A DNA stretch of 50,420 bases from Candidatus Aminicenantes bacterium (GTDB lineage: Bacteria > Acidobacteriota > Aminicenantia > Aminicenantales > UBA4085). The position numbers were made by a program, and so were the translations under genes. Where the stretch lies: contig JAFGEN010000354.1 in assembly GCA_016931595.1 (NCBI GenBank), forward strand, positions 1-50,420. Direction: 5' to 3'. The number at the start of each line of letters is the position of its first letter. Positions within the stretch are counted from its first letter, which is position 1. The notes beneath the pieces were generated by a model. That model did not search any database. It was not told the origin of the DNA and saw only the letters and a list, made by a program, of their open reading frames with translations. Below are positions 20,199 to 29,384 of the stretch, one piece after another.

Positions 20199-20591
20199 AT
20201 GGCCATGCGTACGAAATCCTCCGCCAAAGCCGCTGCCTCCCTCGTCTCCGCTCAAATCGCCCGGAGAAGAGAAGGCCGCTTCGAGATGCCCCTGTCGGCC
20301 GACGTCCGGGGGTCCCTTCCCCGCGGATCGACCTTCCAGGAAACGGCGAAAATCCGGAACATCAGCTCGACCGGCGCCTACCTCTACCTCCAGGCGGCGG
20401 TCATCGTCGGAACCAAGCTGACGCTGGCCATTTCGCTGCCGGCAAGAGCCACCGGCGGAAAGCCTCTCCGGTTGAAAATAGCCGGTTCCGTCGTCAGGAT
20501 GGAAAAGGCCCGCAAGACCTCCCGCAAGCTGGGCGTCGCCGTCCGGTTCGCCAGGGAATACCGGTTCGTCGCCGCGCCGACGCGGTCCTGA
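20199..20591 (+). CDS. PilZ domain protein with canonical c-di-GMP-binding motifs
   Basis: RREGR (RxxxR), NISSTG ([DN]xSxxG), GSVVR...GVAVRF. Confidence 0.85.
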   Translation: MAMRTKSSAKAAASLVSAQIARRREGRFEMPLSADVRGSLPRGSTFQETAKIRNISSTGAYLYLQAAVIVGTKLTLAISLPARATGGKPLRLKIAGSVVRMEKARKTSRKLGVAVRFAREYRFVAAPTRS

Positions 20592-20601
20592 CCCGGTTCG
20601 A

Positions 20602-21237
20602 ATGCTCCGCGTCGCCCTGACCGGAGGCATTGCCTCGGGGAAGTCTGTTGTCGCCGAAATCTTCCGACAACGCGGATTCCATCTTTTCTCGGCCGACCGC
20701 GCCGGCCGCGACTTCATGGCTCCCGGCGGCCCGGCATATTCCCCGATCGTCGAAAAATTCGGGCCGTCCATTCTGGCCGGCAACCAAACCCCCGGGGCCC
20801 CCATCGACCGGTCCGCCCTGGCCGCGATCCTCTTCTCCGACTCCGAAGCCAAGCGGTTCGTAGAGGGCGTGGTTCATCCGCTGACGATCGCAGCCATGAA
20901 GGCGGCGGCGGCCCGCCTGGAAGCCGAAGGCCGGACGGACGTCTTCGTGGCCGAATCCGCCCTGACCGTCGAAGCCGGCCTGGTCGAGGCTTTTGACCGG
21001 ATCATCGTCGTCCACTGCGACACGGAGACCCAAGTCCGCCGGCTGATGGACCGCGACGGAATCGGGCGCGAAGCGGCCCTGGCCCGGATCCGGACCCAGA
21101 AGCCGGTCGAGGAAAAGCTCCGGTTCGCCGATTTTGCCGTCGATTCGTCTGGGGAGATGGAAGAAACGATCGCCCGGGCTGAGGCCGTCGCCTCGCTTCT
21201 CTTGGATGAAGCCCGGGCCGGCCGGTTCAACCCTTAA
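20602..21237 (+). CDS. coaE: Dephospho-CoA kinase
   Basis: ALTGGIASGKS P-loop, IDRSALA...F, VHP, RLMDRDG...RIRTQ. Confidence 0.95.
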   Translation: MLRVALTGGIASGKSVVAEIFRQRGFHLFSADRAGRDFMAPGGPAYSPIVEKFGPSILAGNQTPGAPIDRSALAAILFSDSEAKRFVEGVVHPLTIAAMKAAAARLEAEGRTDVFVAESALTVEAGLVEAFDRIIVVHCDTETQVRRLMDRDGIGREAALARIRTQKPVEEKLRFADFAVDSSGEMEETIARAEAVASLLLDEARAGRFNP

Positions 21238-22138
21238 GGGCGGCGGCCAGGAGCGGAATCAGGATTTCGTGGGGTCCGACGAAGTAATATCCCTTTCCCT
21301 TTTTACCAAGCGGCCTCCGGACGACGTTTTCGGCCGGCCGGTAATGCTTGATGAAATCGAACACCGCCGTGGAGAATCCGTCCAGGCGGCCGCCCCCGTT
21401 GCGGATCAGGGAAACGGCCTTGAGGAAGACCTCGGGCAGAATGACGGCCGAACCGACATTGAGGAATATCCCTCCGCCGTCCAGCCGCCGGACTTCCCCG
21501 CAGAAAAGATGAAAATCGCGGAGCGATGCGGCCCCGATCGCTTCGCCGCTCGCCTCCGGATGCATGTGGATGATGTCGGTCCCGATCGCCACATGGACGG
21601 TGACTGGAATCCCCAGCTGGTGGGCGGCACCGAGAAGGCTCCACTTTTTGTAGGGGAAGCGGGAGCGGGCGATCATCCGGCCGACGGATTCGCCCAAGCC
21701 CCGGCCCTCGGCCGCACCCTCGACGATCGCCCGGTTCAGGAAAGTTCCCGTCTCGGCGGCCATCCCGAACCGCCCGTCCCGGATTTGGGCGGCGACGTCC
21801 TCGGAGGTCTGCCCGGCAAAGGCCAGCTCGAAGTCATGGATGATCCCGGCTCCGTTGAGCGCCAGTCCGCCGACCCACCCGTCCTTCATCAAATCGATGA
21901 GGACAGGGGACAGCCCGGCTTTGATGACGTGGGCTCCCATCGCCCACAAGATCGGTTTTTCCAACTTACGGGCTGTCCGAAGGAGCCCGGCGAATTCCTT
22001 GAAATCCCGCGCGGAGAGAAGACCGGGAAGTCCGGCCAGAAAATCGGAAAAGCTCCCGCCCCGGCGGGGCGGTTTGGCGAAATCGTCCAGGGTTACCTTG
22101 CTCGGCCGGGAGGCCAGCGGATAGGTCCGGATTTTCAT
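21227..22138 (-). CDS. Deoxyhypusine-synthase-like protein of unknown function
   Basis: GAHVIKAGL, NGAGIIHDFE, TSEDV, FGMAAET, PVTVHVAIGTDIIH, GSAVILPEVFLK, GPHE; resembles the DHS-like fold family. Confidence 0.7.
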   Translation of the reverse strand: MKIRTYPLASRPSKVTLDDFAKPPRRGGSFSDFLAGLPGLLSARDFKEFAGLLRTARKLEKPILWAMGAHVIKAGLSPVLIDLMKDGWVGGLALNGAGIIHDFELAFAGQTSEDVAAQIRDGRFGMAAETGTFLNRAIVEGAAEGRGLGESVGRMIARSRFPYKKWSLLGAAHQLGIPVTVHVAIGTDIIHMHPEASGEAIGAASLRDFHLFCGEVRRLDGGGIFLNVGSAVILPEVFLKAVSLIRNGGGRLDGFSTAVFDFIKHYRPAENVVRRPLGKKGKGYYFVGPHEILIPLLAAALKG

Positions 22139-22416
22139 TGGGCTTTGGGCCCGAGGCTTTTCAGCTCCTGGCCGCAGCGGAACTTGATGCGTTTCCCCTG
22201 GGTGATATGAATCTGTTTCTGGCGGCGAATGTCGCGGCCATACCCGGTTTTCTTGGCCACAACCTTGAAGCTGCCGAAGCCCCGGATCTCGACTTTATGG
22301 CTTGCAGTCAGGGCTTCCTTCAAGGCCTCGAGGATTGCTTCCACGATTTCCAAGGACCTGGCCGCATTGAAATCCGTCTTCTTTTCAATCGCCAGGACAA
22401 TGTCGTTTTTTATCAT
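22135..22416 (-). CDS. Integration host factor/HU family DNA-binding protein
   Basis: MIKNDIV...KVEIRGFGSFKV...GR...IKF; 93 aa, basic. Confidence 0.9.
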   Translation of the reverse strand: MIKNDIVLAIEKKTDFNAARSLEIVEAILEALKEALTASHKVEIRGFGSFKVVAKKTGYGRDIRRQKQIHITQGKRIKFRCGQELKSLGPKAQ

Positions 22417-22581
22417 GGAGGGCTCCTCGAGAGACTAAAGATTAATTTTTCGCCGGGGAAATGTCAAGCTGTTCGATTGACTTACCGGAAGGTCCTTTTT
22501 ATAATGAAATCAACATGAAGAGGGCGGAGCGGGACGGGTTTGTTCCAGCCCGGCCGCAGTCCGCCCGGAGGACGTGAGAGC

Positions 22582-23211
22582 ATGTCGAAATCCGATGAGT
22601 TCCGCGAGATGCAGATTTCCAGCGGGCAGCTGGCGGCGGTGATCCTCGTCCTCCTGGCCCTTTGCGTCTTCATTTTTTACCTTGGGACGCGAGTTGGAAT
22701 GAAGAAGGCCGCCGCCTCTTCTCCCCCGGCTGCAACAAAGACCCAGGCCAAAGCCGACCCCTCGACGAAGTTCGCGCCGTCCATCTCCGAGCTGGCCGGC
22801 CAAATCCAGAAGCCGGCCGGCGCCGAAACCGCCAAACCGCAGACGCCGGTCCCGGAGAAATCGAAGACAACCGAATCAAAACCTTCCGTCAAAACGGAAC
22901 AGAATCCGGCCGCCGCGGTTAAAAAGCCGGCGGCCGCCGAACCCAAGCCGAAGACAGTCTCCCCTTCAGGGACCTACTACATTCAAGCCGGCGCCCTGGA
23001 TACGCGGGAGAAAGGGGAAACCCTGGCCCGGAGGATCGAAGGCCTGAGTTTCCGGGCCATCGTCCTGAATCCGCTGGCCGGCGACAGGAAACCGGTCTAC
23101 CGAGTTCGGGTCGGCCCCTACGAGACCAAAGAATCCGCAGAAACCGCCAGGGAAAAGCTGGCCGAAGCGCTCAAAAGAAAAACCACTGATTTCTTCCTCG
23201 TCAAGGGTTGA
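22582..23211 (+). CDS. SPOR domain cell-division protein (DedD/FtsN-like)
   Basis: N-terminal TM helix, Pro/Lys/Ala-rich linker, YYIQAGA...YRVRVGPY SPOR domain; start at ATG 22582 after GGAGG. Confidence 0.88.
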   Translation: MSKSDEFREMQISSGQLAAVILVLLALCVFIFYLGTRVGMKKAAASSPPAATKTQAKADPSTKFAPSISELAGQIQKPAGAETAKPQTPVPEKSKTTESKPSVKTEQNPAAAVKKPAAAEPKPKTVSPSGTYYIQAGALDTREKGETLARRIEGLSFRAIVLNPLAGDRKPVYRVRVGPYETKESAETAREKLAEALKRKTTDFFLVKG

Positions 23212-23225
23212 GTCCGGCCTTCACG

Positions 23226-23261
23226 GTCCGGGCGTCATCCGGACTGACATTTATTTTTTTT
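23226..23261 (+). terminator. Putative intrinsic terminator after the SPOR gene
   Basis: GTCCGG/CCGGAC stem (23226-23244) followed after a few bases by TTTATTTTTTTT. Confidence 0.45.
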
Positions 23262-23314
23262 CATTGCGAACCCTTTATGTCTACGGTTCGTATATATATG
23301 TGCCCGGAGGCTTC

Positions 23315-23644
23315 ATGAGATTATTGACACGGACGGAAGAAATCATCCTGCTCGCAATCTGGCGCCTGGGCCATGATGCGTACGGGATCACGATCCGCGA
23401 TGAGGTCAATAAGACGACCGGAGAGGAATGGGGGCTGGGCGCGGTTTACCCCTTTCTCAGCCGCCTGCATAAAGCCGGATATGTCAGAACCCTGACCAGC
23501 TGTTCGACACCCGAGCGCGGCGGCCGGCATAAGATCATGTACCGGCTGACGGACTCCGGAAAAGAGGCTTTGGCCAAAATCCAACAGGTCAATGCCCGGG
23601 CCTGGGACGGCATTCCCGGTTTTATTTTCAAGAAATCCTCATGA
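23315..23644 (+). CDS. PadR-family transcriptional regulator
   Basis: EEIILLAI...AYGITIRDE...GAVYPFLSRL...ERGGR...YRLTDSG; GGAGG RBS; upstream inverted repeat CGAACC-N12-GGTTCG (23267-23290). Confidence 0.92.
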   Translation: MRLLTRTEEIILLAIWRLGHDAYGITIRDEVNKTTGEEWGLGAVYPFLSRLHKAGYVRTLTSCSTPERGGRHKIMYRLTDSGKEALAKIQQVNARAWDGIPGFIFKKSS

Positions 23645-26268
23645 GGGACCAGGCCCCGCCCCCCCGTCTCGCCCTCCGCTTGCTGGACCTCTTCAGCGGA
23701 TGGGAGGACGACTACGGGGCCGCCGGCGATTTCGAGGAATTCTTCCGCGCTGTGGCCGAAGAACGCGGGATTCGGGCGGCCCGGCGGGTCTGCTGGAAGC
23801 AGGTCCTGGCCGCACTCCCCGGATATGTCAGGAACACATTGATCTGGAGCGACGCCATGCTAAAAAATTATGTTCGCATCGCCCTCAGGAATTTGTGGAA
23901 ACACAAAGGCTATTCCTTCCTCAATATCGCCGGGTTGGCGGTTGGAATGGCCTGCGCTCTCTTCATTCTCCTCTGGATTCAGGACGAGATGAGCTTCGAC
24001 CGGTTCCACGCGAACGCGGGAACGCTTTTCCGGCTCGAGCAGGAGTCGGCGACCGGGCAGGGAAAATTCCGCCATTGGTCCATGCCCTATTCCCTGGGGC
24101 CGATCCTCAGGGACGAAATCCCGGAAATCGAGGATGCGGTCCGCCTGGCCGATCAAGACACCTTTTTCATCAGGTACGGGGATCACGCCTTCTATGAGAA
24201 CAAGGTCATGGCCGTCGACCCCCAGATATTGGAGATGTTCACTTTTCCGCTCTTGAAGGGCGACCCGGCCACGGCGCTCGAACGACCCGGTTCGCTGGTC
24301 GTCACCGAGGCGATGGCCGAAAAATATTTCGGCGACACCGACCCCATAGGAAAGACGGTGACCCTCAATGACGCCCATGATTTTATGGTCACCGGCGTGC
24401 TGAAGAATCTCCCGCAAAATTCGACCTTGTCGTTCGACATGCTCATCCCCTTCGATTTCATCAAGACCATCGGCCGTTACAACGACTCCCTGGTCAACAA
24501 CAACATTCCGACCTATATCCAGCTTCATCCCGGAAGCGACCCGGCCCTGGCCGGCGGGAAGATCACCCGGCTGGTCGGCGAACGAACCCTGACCTCCATC
24601 CGAGCCGACCCGGAAATGTCGAGTTATTTCGACAGCCATCCCGAAATCCGCGGCCAGTTTGAATCCCGGACGTTCCTCCTCATGCCCCTCGTGGACATCA
24701 ATCTGTACGGAACCCGAATGGCGATTAAAAACATTTACACCTACGGAGCCCTGGCGGTCTTCGTCCTGCTGATCGCCTGCATCAACTTCATGAACCTGGC
24801 CACGGCCCGCTCGGCCAACCGGGCGAAAGAGATCGGGCTTCGGAAGGTCGTCGGAGCCCAACGCAAGAGCCTGATCGGCCAGTTTTACGGCGAATCCATC
24901 CTGACCGCTTTCCTGGCCGGCGCCTTCGCCCTCCTCCTGGTGACGCTCCTGCTTCCTGCGTTCAACGCTCTTTCCGGAAAATCGATGGCTCTTTCCGTTC
25001 TTGTCGGCGGAAAATTCGTCCTGGGGATGCTGGCCGTCACCCTGCTGACCGGGATCGTGGCCGGCAGCTATCCGGCGCTCTTTCTCTCCGCCTTCCAACC
25101 CGTCACCGTTCTCAACGGCCGCTTGCGGGGCGGGGCAAAAAGCGCTCTGTTCCGGAAAACCCTGGTTGTCCTCCAGTTCGGATTGTCGGTCTTTCTTCTG
25201 ATCGGAATGGGGGTTGTCTCCCGCCAGGTCGACTTCATGCGGAATAAAACGCTCGGTTACGACAAGGACCAGTTGATCTACCTGCCGATGCGCGGTCAAA
25301 CGGCCTCTTCCTACACCGTCTTCAAGGAACGCCTTCTCCAGAATCCCCGGGTTCTCGGGGTGACGGCGGCCCGGCATCCGCCGACGGGCATCTACGCGTC
25401 CGGCAACATCGCCGACTGGGACGGTCGAAACCCAAACCTGCGGTTCAGGATCAGCTTCGCCTCCGTCGACTTCGATTTTCCCGAAACAATGAAAATCGAA
25501 ATGGTCGCCGGGCGGGCGTTCTCGCGGGCGTTCGCGATGGACGTCGGGCGGGCCTTCATGGTCAACGAGGATGTCCCGAAGCTGATGGGGCTCGACGCCG
25601 CTTCGGCCGTGGGCCGAAGGTTCGCCTTCCGAGGGTATGAAGGAACGATCGTCGGGGTCATGAAGAACTTTCATTTTAAATCGGTCCGCGAGGCGATCGA
25701 GCCCCTGGCCGTCGTCGTCGACCCGCAGGATTTTCGCTATGCCGTCGTTCGGATCGCCGCGGGAGAGATCCCTGCCTCCCTGAACGACGTCCGGGCCGTC
25801 TGGCGCCAAACCTTTCCCCTCTTCCCGGTCGAGTATCGCTTCTTCGACGAGGATTTCGACCAGATGTACCGAAAGGATGAGCGGATGGGGACGATTCTAA
25901 AGGTGTTTTCAACCATGGCGATCCTGATCGCCTGCCTGGGATTATTCGGGCTGGCCTCCTACACCGCCGAACAGAGGACGAAGGAAATCGGCATCCGTAA
26001 AATCATGGGCGCGACATCGCCGGGAATCGTCCTGCTTCTCTCGAAGGAGTTCGCCAAGTGGGTTCTGGCGGCCAATGTGATCGCCTGGCCGGTCGCCTAT
26101 TTCCTGATGAAAAATTGGCTCCGGGGATTCGCTTACAACTCCGGGATCTCCTGGTGGCTGTTCATCGCGGCCGGAGCAGGAACCCTGGCGATCGCCCTGC
26201 TGACCGTCAGTTTCCAGGCGCTCCGCGTCACCCAAACCCATCCCGCCCGGGCGTTGAAACACCAGTAA
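23641..26268 (+). CDS. Duplicated MacB/FtsX-type ABC permease with an N-terminal prefix domain (ADOP-like)
   Basis: PPRLA...GDFEE prefix, MLKNYVRIALRNL, two FtsX repeats (ACINFMNLATARS...KEIGLRKVVGA; RTKEIGIRKIMGA); coupled to padR; no ATPase gene adjacent. Confidence 0.92.
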   Translation: MRDQAPPPRLALRLLDLFSGWEDDYGAAGDFEEFFRAVAEERGIRAARRVCWKQVLAALPGYVRNTLIWSDAMLKNYVRIALRNLWKHKGYSFLNIAGLAVGMACALFILLWIQDEMSFDRFHANAGTLFRLEQESATGQGKFRHWSMPYSLGPILRDEIPEIEDAVRLADQDTFFIRYGDHAFYENKVMAVDPQILEMFTFPLLKGDPATALERPGSLVVTEAMAEKYFGDTDPIGKTVTLNDAHDFMVTGVLKNLPQNSTLSFDMLIPFDFIKTIGRYNDSLVNNNIPTYIQLHPGSDPALAGGKITRLVGERTLTSIRADPEMSSYFDSHPEIRGQFESRTFLLMPLVDINLYGTRMAIKNIYTYGALAVFVLLIACINFMNLATARSANRAKEIGLRKVVGAQRKSLIGQFYGESILTAFLAGAFALLLVTLLLPAFNALSGKSMALSVLVGGKFVLGMLAVTLLTGIVAGSYPALFLSAFQPVTVLNGRLRGGAKSALFRKTLVVLQFGLSVFLLIGMGVVSRQVDFMRNKTLGYDKDQLIYLPMRGQTASSYTVFKERLLQNPRVLGVTAARHPPTGIYASGNIADWDGRNPNLRFRISFASVDFDFPETMKIEMVAGRAFSRAFAMDVGRAFMVNEDVPKLMGLDAASAVGRRFAFRGYEGTIVGVMKNFHFKSVREAIEPLAVVVDPQDFRYAVVRIAAGEIPASLNDVRAVWRQTFPLFPVEYRFFDEDFDQMYRKDERMGTILKVFSTMAILIACLGLFGLASYTAEQRTKEIGIRKIMGATSPGIVLLLSKEFAKWVLAANVIAWPVAYFLMKNWLRGFAYNSGISWWLFIAAGAGTLAIALLTVSFQALRVTQTHPARALKHQ

Positions 26269-26362
26269 GGCTCCGGTCAAAGCGCAGTCGCCCGCGCCTT
26301 GACATCCTCCCAACCGGAACATATGCTTGTGATAGACTCAGACGGACCGTCCGTTATCAAAA

Positions 26363-27406
26363 ATGAACCTTAAACTTTATCACATTCTCGGAGCGGCGGC
26401 TTGCGGCCTCCTGACGGCCGCGGCCTTCACGAGCCTCGAGGCGATGTTCGTCGCCTGGATTTCGCTCATCCCGCTGTTTTTCCTCCTCTCCGGAAAGAAG
26501 CCGGGACAGGCGTCCCTTTTGGCCGGAACGGCCGGCCTGTTTTTTCACGGCCTCCTCCTCCATTGGCTGCCGTCGTGTCTCGCGCCGGTCGCGGTTTCGG
26601 CCGCGGCCTGGGCGGTTTTCGGGTTCGTTTTCTCCCTCATCGAAACGCGCCGCCCGTTCCCGGCCTTCATCGCCGCCCCTTTCCTTTGGGCCGGTTTGGA
26701 ATTCGCCCTGACTCTCGTCATGTCGGGCCGGGCCTGGGGAGCCCTGGGCCTCAGTCAGAGCCGGAACCTTCTCTTCATCCAGATGGCCGGGATCACGGGC
26801 GTGTTCGGCGTCTCGTTCATCCTGGTTTTATTCCAGGCTCTTTTTGTCGGGGCCATTCGGACCAGCATTCGGATGCCGTTCGTCGTCGGGATGGTCCTCC
26901 TCGTCCTGGTCCATCTCGGCGGCTTTCTCGTCCTGCAAAAACCGACACCGACGGTCGATTCGTTCGAGGCGGCCGCGTTCCAAGGCGAGGGCATCCCCGC
27001 TTCCGACGCCGCAACCGGTCTTCGCCGATTTCGAGGATTGGTCTTTGGCTCGCCGGCAGGACCGGACATCGCCGGTCCGGACCTTGTCCGGCGGCTCGTC
27101 GGCCGGGGAGCGTCTTTCCTGACCACGCACGGCGAGCCCGAAGCAAAACAAACCCGGGCGGCCGCTTCCGGACATCTCACCCAGGCCGTGTTCCGGGCCG
27201 TGGAAAACAGGCGGTCCGTGCTCCGGCTTGATGTTGGAAAGGGCTTCGGTGAAATCATCGACGCCTTCGGACGATCCGCAGCCTCGGTCATCCCCGGCGA
27301 CGACCTCACCTTCTATACCCGGCATGGCGACGTCTTCGCTCTTTTCTGCTTGACAATATCGGCCGGCTTCCTTATCCTCTCCTTTTTATTTATGAGGCGC
27401 CCATGA
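26363..27406 (+). CDS. Apolipoprotein N-acyltransferase homolog, internally deleted and lacking the catalytic triad
   Basis: Lnt-type TM domain (GLL...AWISLIPL...PFLWAGLE...WGALGLSQ...IQMAGITGVFGVSF) and C-terminus (RAVENRR, IIDAFG, TFYTRHGD), but only 347 aa with no WPE, no KxxLVPFGE, and ICYE replaced by AGPD. Confidence 0.75.
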   Translation: MNLKLYHILGAAACGLLTAAAFTSLEAMFVAWISLIPLFFLLSGKKPGQASLLAGTAGLFFHGLLLHWLPSCLAPVAVSAAAWAVFGFVFSLIETRRPFPAFIAAPFLWAGLEFALTLVMSGRAWGALGLSQSRNLLFIQMAGITGVFGVSFILVLFQALFVGAIRTSIRMPFVVGMVLLVLVHLGGFLVLQKPTPTVDSFEAAAFQGEGIPASDAATGLRRFRGLVFGSPAGPDIAGPDLVRRLVGRGASFLTTHGEPEAKQTRAAASGHLTQAVFRAVENRRSVLRLDVGKGFGEIIDAFGRSAASVIPGDDLTFYTRHGDVFALFCLTISAGFLILSFLFMRRP

Positions 27407-28546
27407 GTCCGGAAGATTCGACATCCAGCCGCATAAGCGAGCTCGAGGCCCAGGTCCGCGAGGCCGAAGCCAAATTTGACGAGCTCCGAGGTTTTCTTTG
27501 ACCTTCCGGCCAAGAAGAGCCGCCTCGAAGCCCTGAACGCCGACCTCTCCAAGCCCGAAGTCTGGCAGGACCAGAAAAAATCCGTCTCCCTCCAGCAGGA
27601 AAAAAAGCGCCTCGACCGGGAAGTCGCCTTCCTGGCCGGCCTCTACCGGGACAAGGAGGAACTCGACGTTTTTCTCGAGCTGGCCCGCGAGGGCGAGCCG
27701 GTGATCTCCGACATAGAAAAAGGCCTGGAAGCGTTCGTTCATAAGCTCGAGGAGGCGGAGCTCGTGACGCTGTTTGACGAGGAAGACGACGCCCGAAACG
27801 CCATTCTCACCATCCACCCCGGGGCCGGCGGGACGGAATCCCAGGATTGGGCCCAGATCCTCTTCCGGATGTACTTAAGGTACGCCGAGCGGAAAGGATA
27901 CAAGGCCGAAATTCTCGACATGACGCCGGGGGAAGAAGCGGGCCTGAAAAGCGCCACCATCAGGATGGAGGGCGACTTCGTCTACGGCCACCTCAACCAG
28001 GAAATCGGCGTTCACCGGCTGGTCCGCATTTCCCCGTTCGACGCGGCCAAGCGGAGGCACACCTCGTTTGCCGCCGTCTTTGTCTATCCGGAAATCGATG
28101 AGGATGTCGAGGTCGAAATCAACCCCGATGACCTCAAGATCGATACCTACCGGGCCGGGGGCAAGGGCGGCCAGCACGTCAACACGACGGATTCGGCCGT
28201 CCGGATCACCCACGTCCCCACCGGCATCATCACCCAGTGCCAGAACGAGCGCTCCCAGCACAAAAACAAAGCCGCCGCCATGAAGGTCCTCAAGTCCCGT
28301 CTCTACGAGCTCGAGCGCCGGCGGAAGCGGGAAAAGATCGAGAAGCTCGAGGATGCCAAGACCGAGATCGCCTGGGGCAACCAGATCCGGTCCTATGTCC
28401 TCCACCCCTACCGGATGATCAAGGACACCCGGACCCGGATGGAGACGGGCGATACCGACAAAATTCTCGACGGCGGGCTGGACGATTTCATCAAGGCCGA
28501 GCTGGTCTATCGGAAACAACAGAAGCAGGCCGGCGCGGCCGGTTGA
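27403..28546 (+). CDS. prfB: Peptide chain release factor 2 with a programmed +1 frameshift
   Basis: ATG 27403 reads 32 codons to CTT TGA C (27496-27502); the +1 frame continues DLPAKK... with GAGGTESQDW, SPF and GGQ motifs. Confidence 0.97.
27487..27502 (+). other. RF2 programmed frameshift site
   Basis: CGAGGT-TTT-CTT-TGA-C: internal SD-like element, 3-nt spacer, slippery CTT and in-frame TGA. Confidence 0.93.
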
Positions 28547-28573
28547 ATACCGGCCTCAAGACCCGCGGTTCAT

Positions 28574-29377
28574 TCATTCCGGGCGTTTCACGCCGCGTTC
28601 CTTTTTCAGCGACTGCCAGGCCGATTCCATTTCCTCGAGGTTCGCCGTCCCCAAGGGCTTCCCTTTCTCGCGGAGGCGGTCCTCCAGGGCGGCGAAACGG
28701 CCGATAAACTTGGCGTTGGCCCGGCGAAGGGCCGTTTCGGGGTGAATCCCCAAGAGGCGGGCGGCGCAGGCTAGGGCGAAAAGACAATCCCCCATTTCCT
28801 CGGCCTGGCGGGCGGCGTCACCCTCGGCGATCGTCCGGTCAAGCTCGCCTAATTCCTCCCTCACCTTGTCCAGGGCCCCGGCCGCATCGGGCCAGTCGAA
28901 GCCGAAAGCGGCCGCCCGCTTTCCGATTTCGAAAGCGGCCTGAAGCGAGGGGGCGGTCGCCGGAATGCCGTCGAAGTGAGAGGCGCGGCTCTTTTCCTTC
29001 TTCTTCCGGAGGTTCCAGGCGTTCGTCACCTCGTCGGGAGTGCCGAGGCGCTCGCCTCCGTAGACGTGGGGATGGCGGCGGATCATCTTGTCGTTGATGC
29101 TTTCCAGGGCGTCCGAGACCGAAAACTCTCCCCGTTCCTCAAAGACCCGGGAGAGAAAGACCACCTCCATCAGGACGTCGCCCAACTCCTCGGCCGCGGC
29201 CGCAGGATCGTTTCGGTCCAGGGCGTCGATCGCCTCATGGACTTCCTCCAGAAAATAATCCTTGAGCGTTTTGACGGTCTGCTCCCTGTCCCAGGGGCAC
29301 CCATCAGGCCCGCGGAGGCGGGCCAGGATACCGACGAGCTCCTGGAATTTCTCTCCGGCTTGCTTGGAATCGATCAT
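28574..29377 (-). CDS. mazG: Nucleoside triphosphate pyrophosphohydrolase
   Basis: LRGPDGCPWDREQT, EEVHE, EELGDVL, KMIRRHPHV, GFDW, EEMGD, ANAKFIGRF. Confidence 0.96.
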   Translation of the reverse strand: MIDSKQAGEKFQELVGILARLRGPDGCPWDREQTVKTLKDYFLEEVHEAIDALDRNDPAAAAEELGDVLMEVVFLSRVFEERGEFSVSDALESINDKMIRRHPHVYGGERLGTPDEVTNAWNLRKKKEKSRASHFDGIPATAPSLQAAFEIGKRAAAFGFDWPDAAGALDKVREELGELDRTIAEGDAARQAEEMGDCLFALACAARLLGIHPETALRRANAKFIGRFAALEDRLREKGKPLGTANLEEMESAWQSLKKERGVKRPE

Positions 29378-29384
29378 GGGGTCC

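Noticed and set aside
23267-26268. PadR plus duplicated permease with no ATPase as a novel system
   Set aside because: A well-known, often highly expanded pairing in Acidobacteriota and Bacteroidota.
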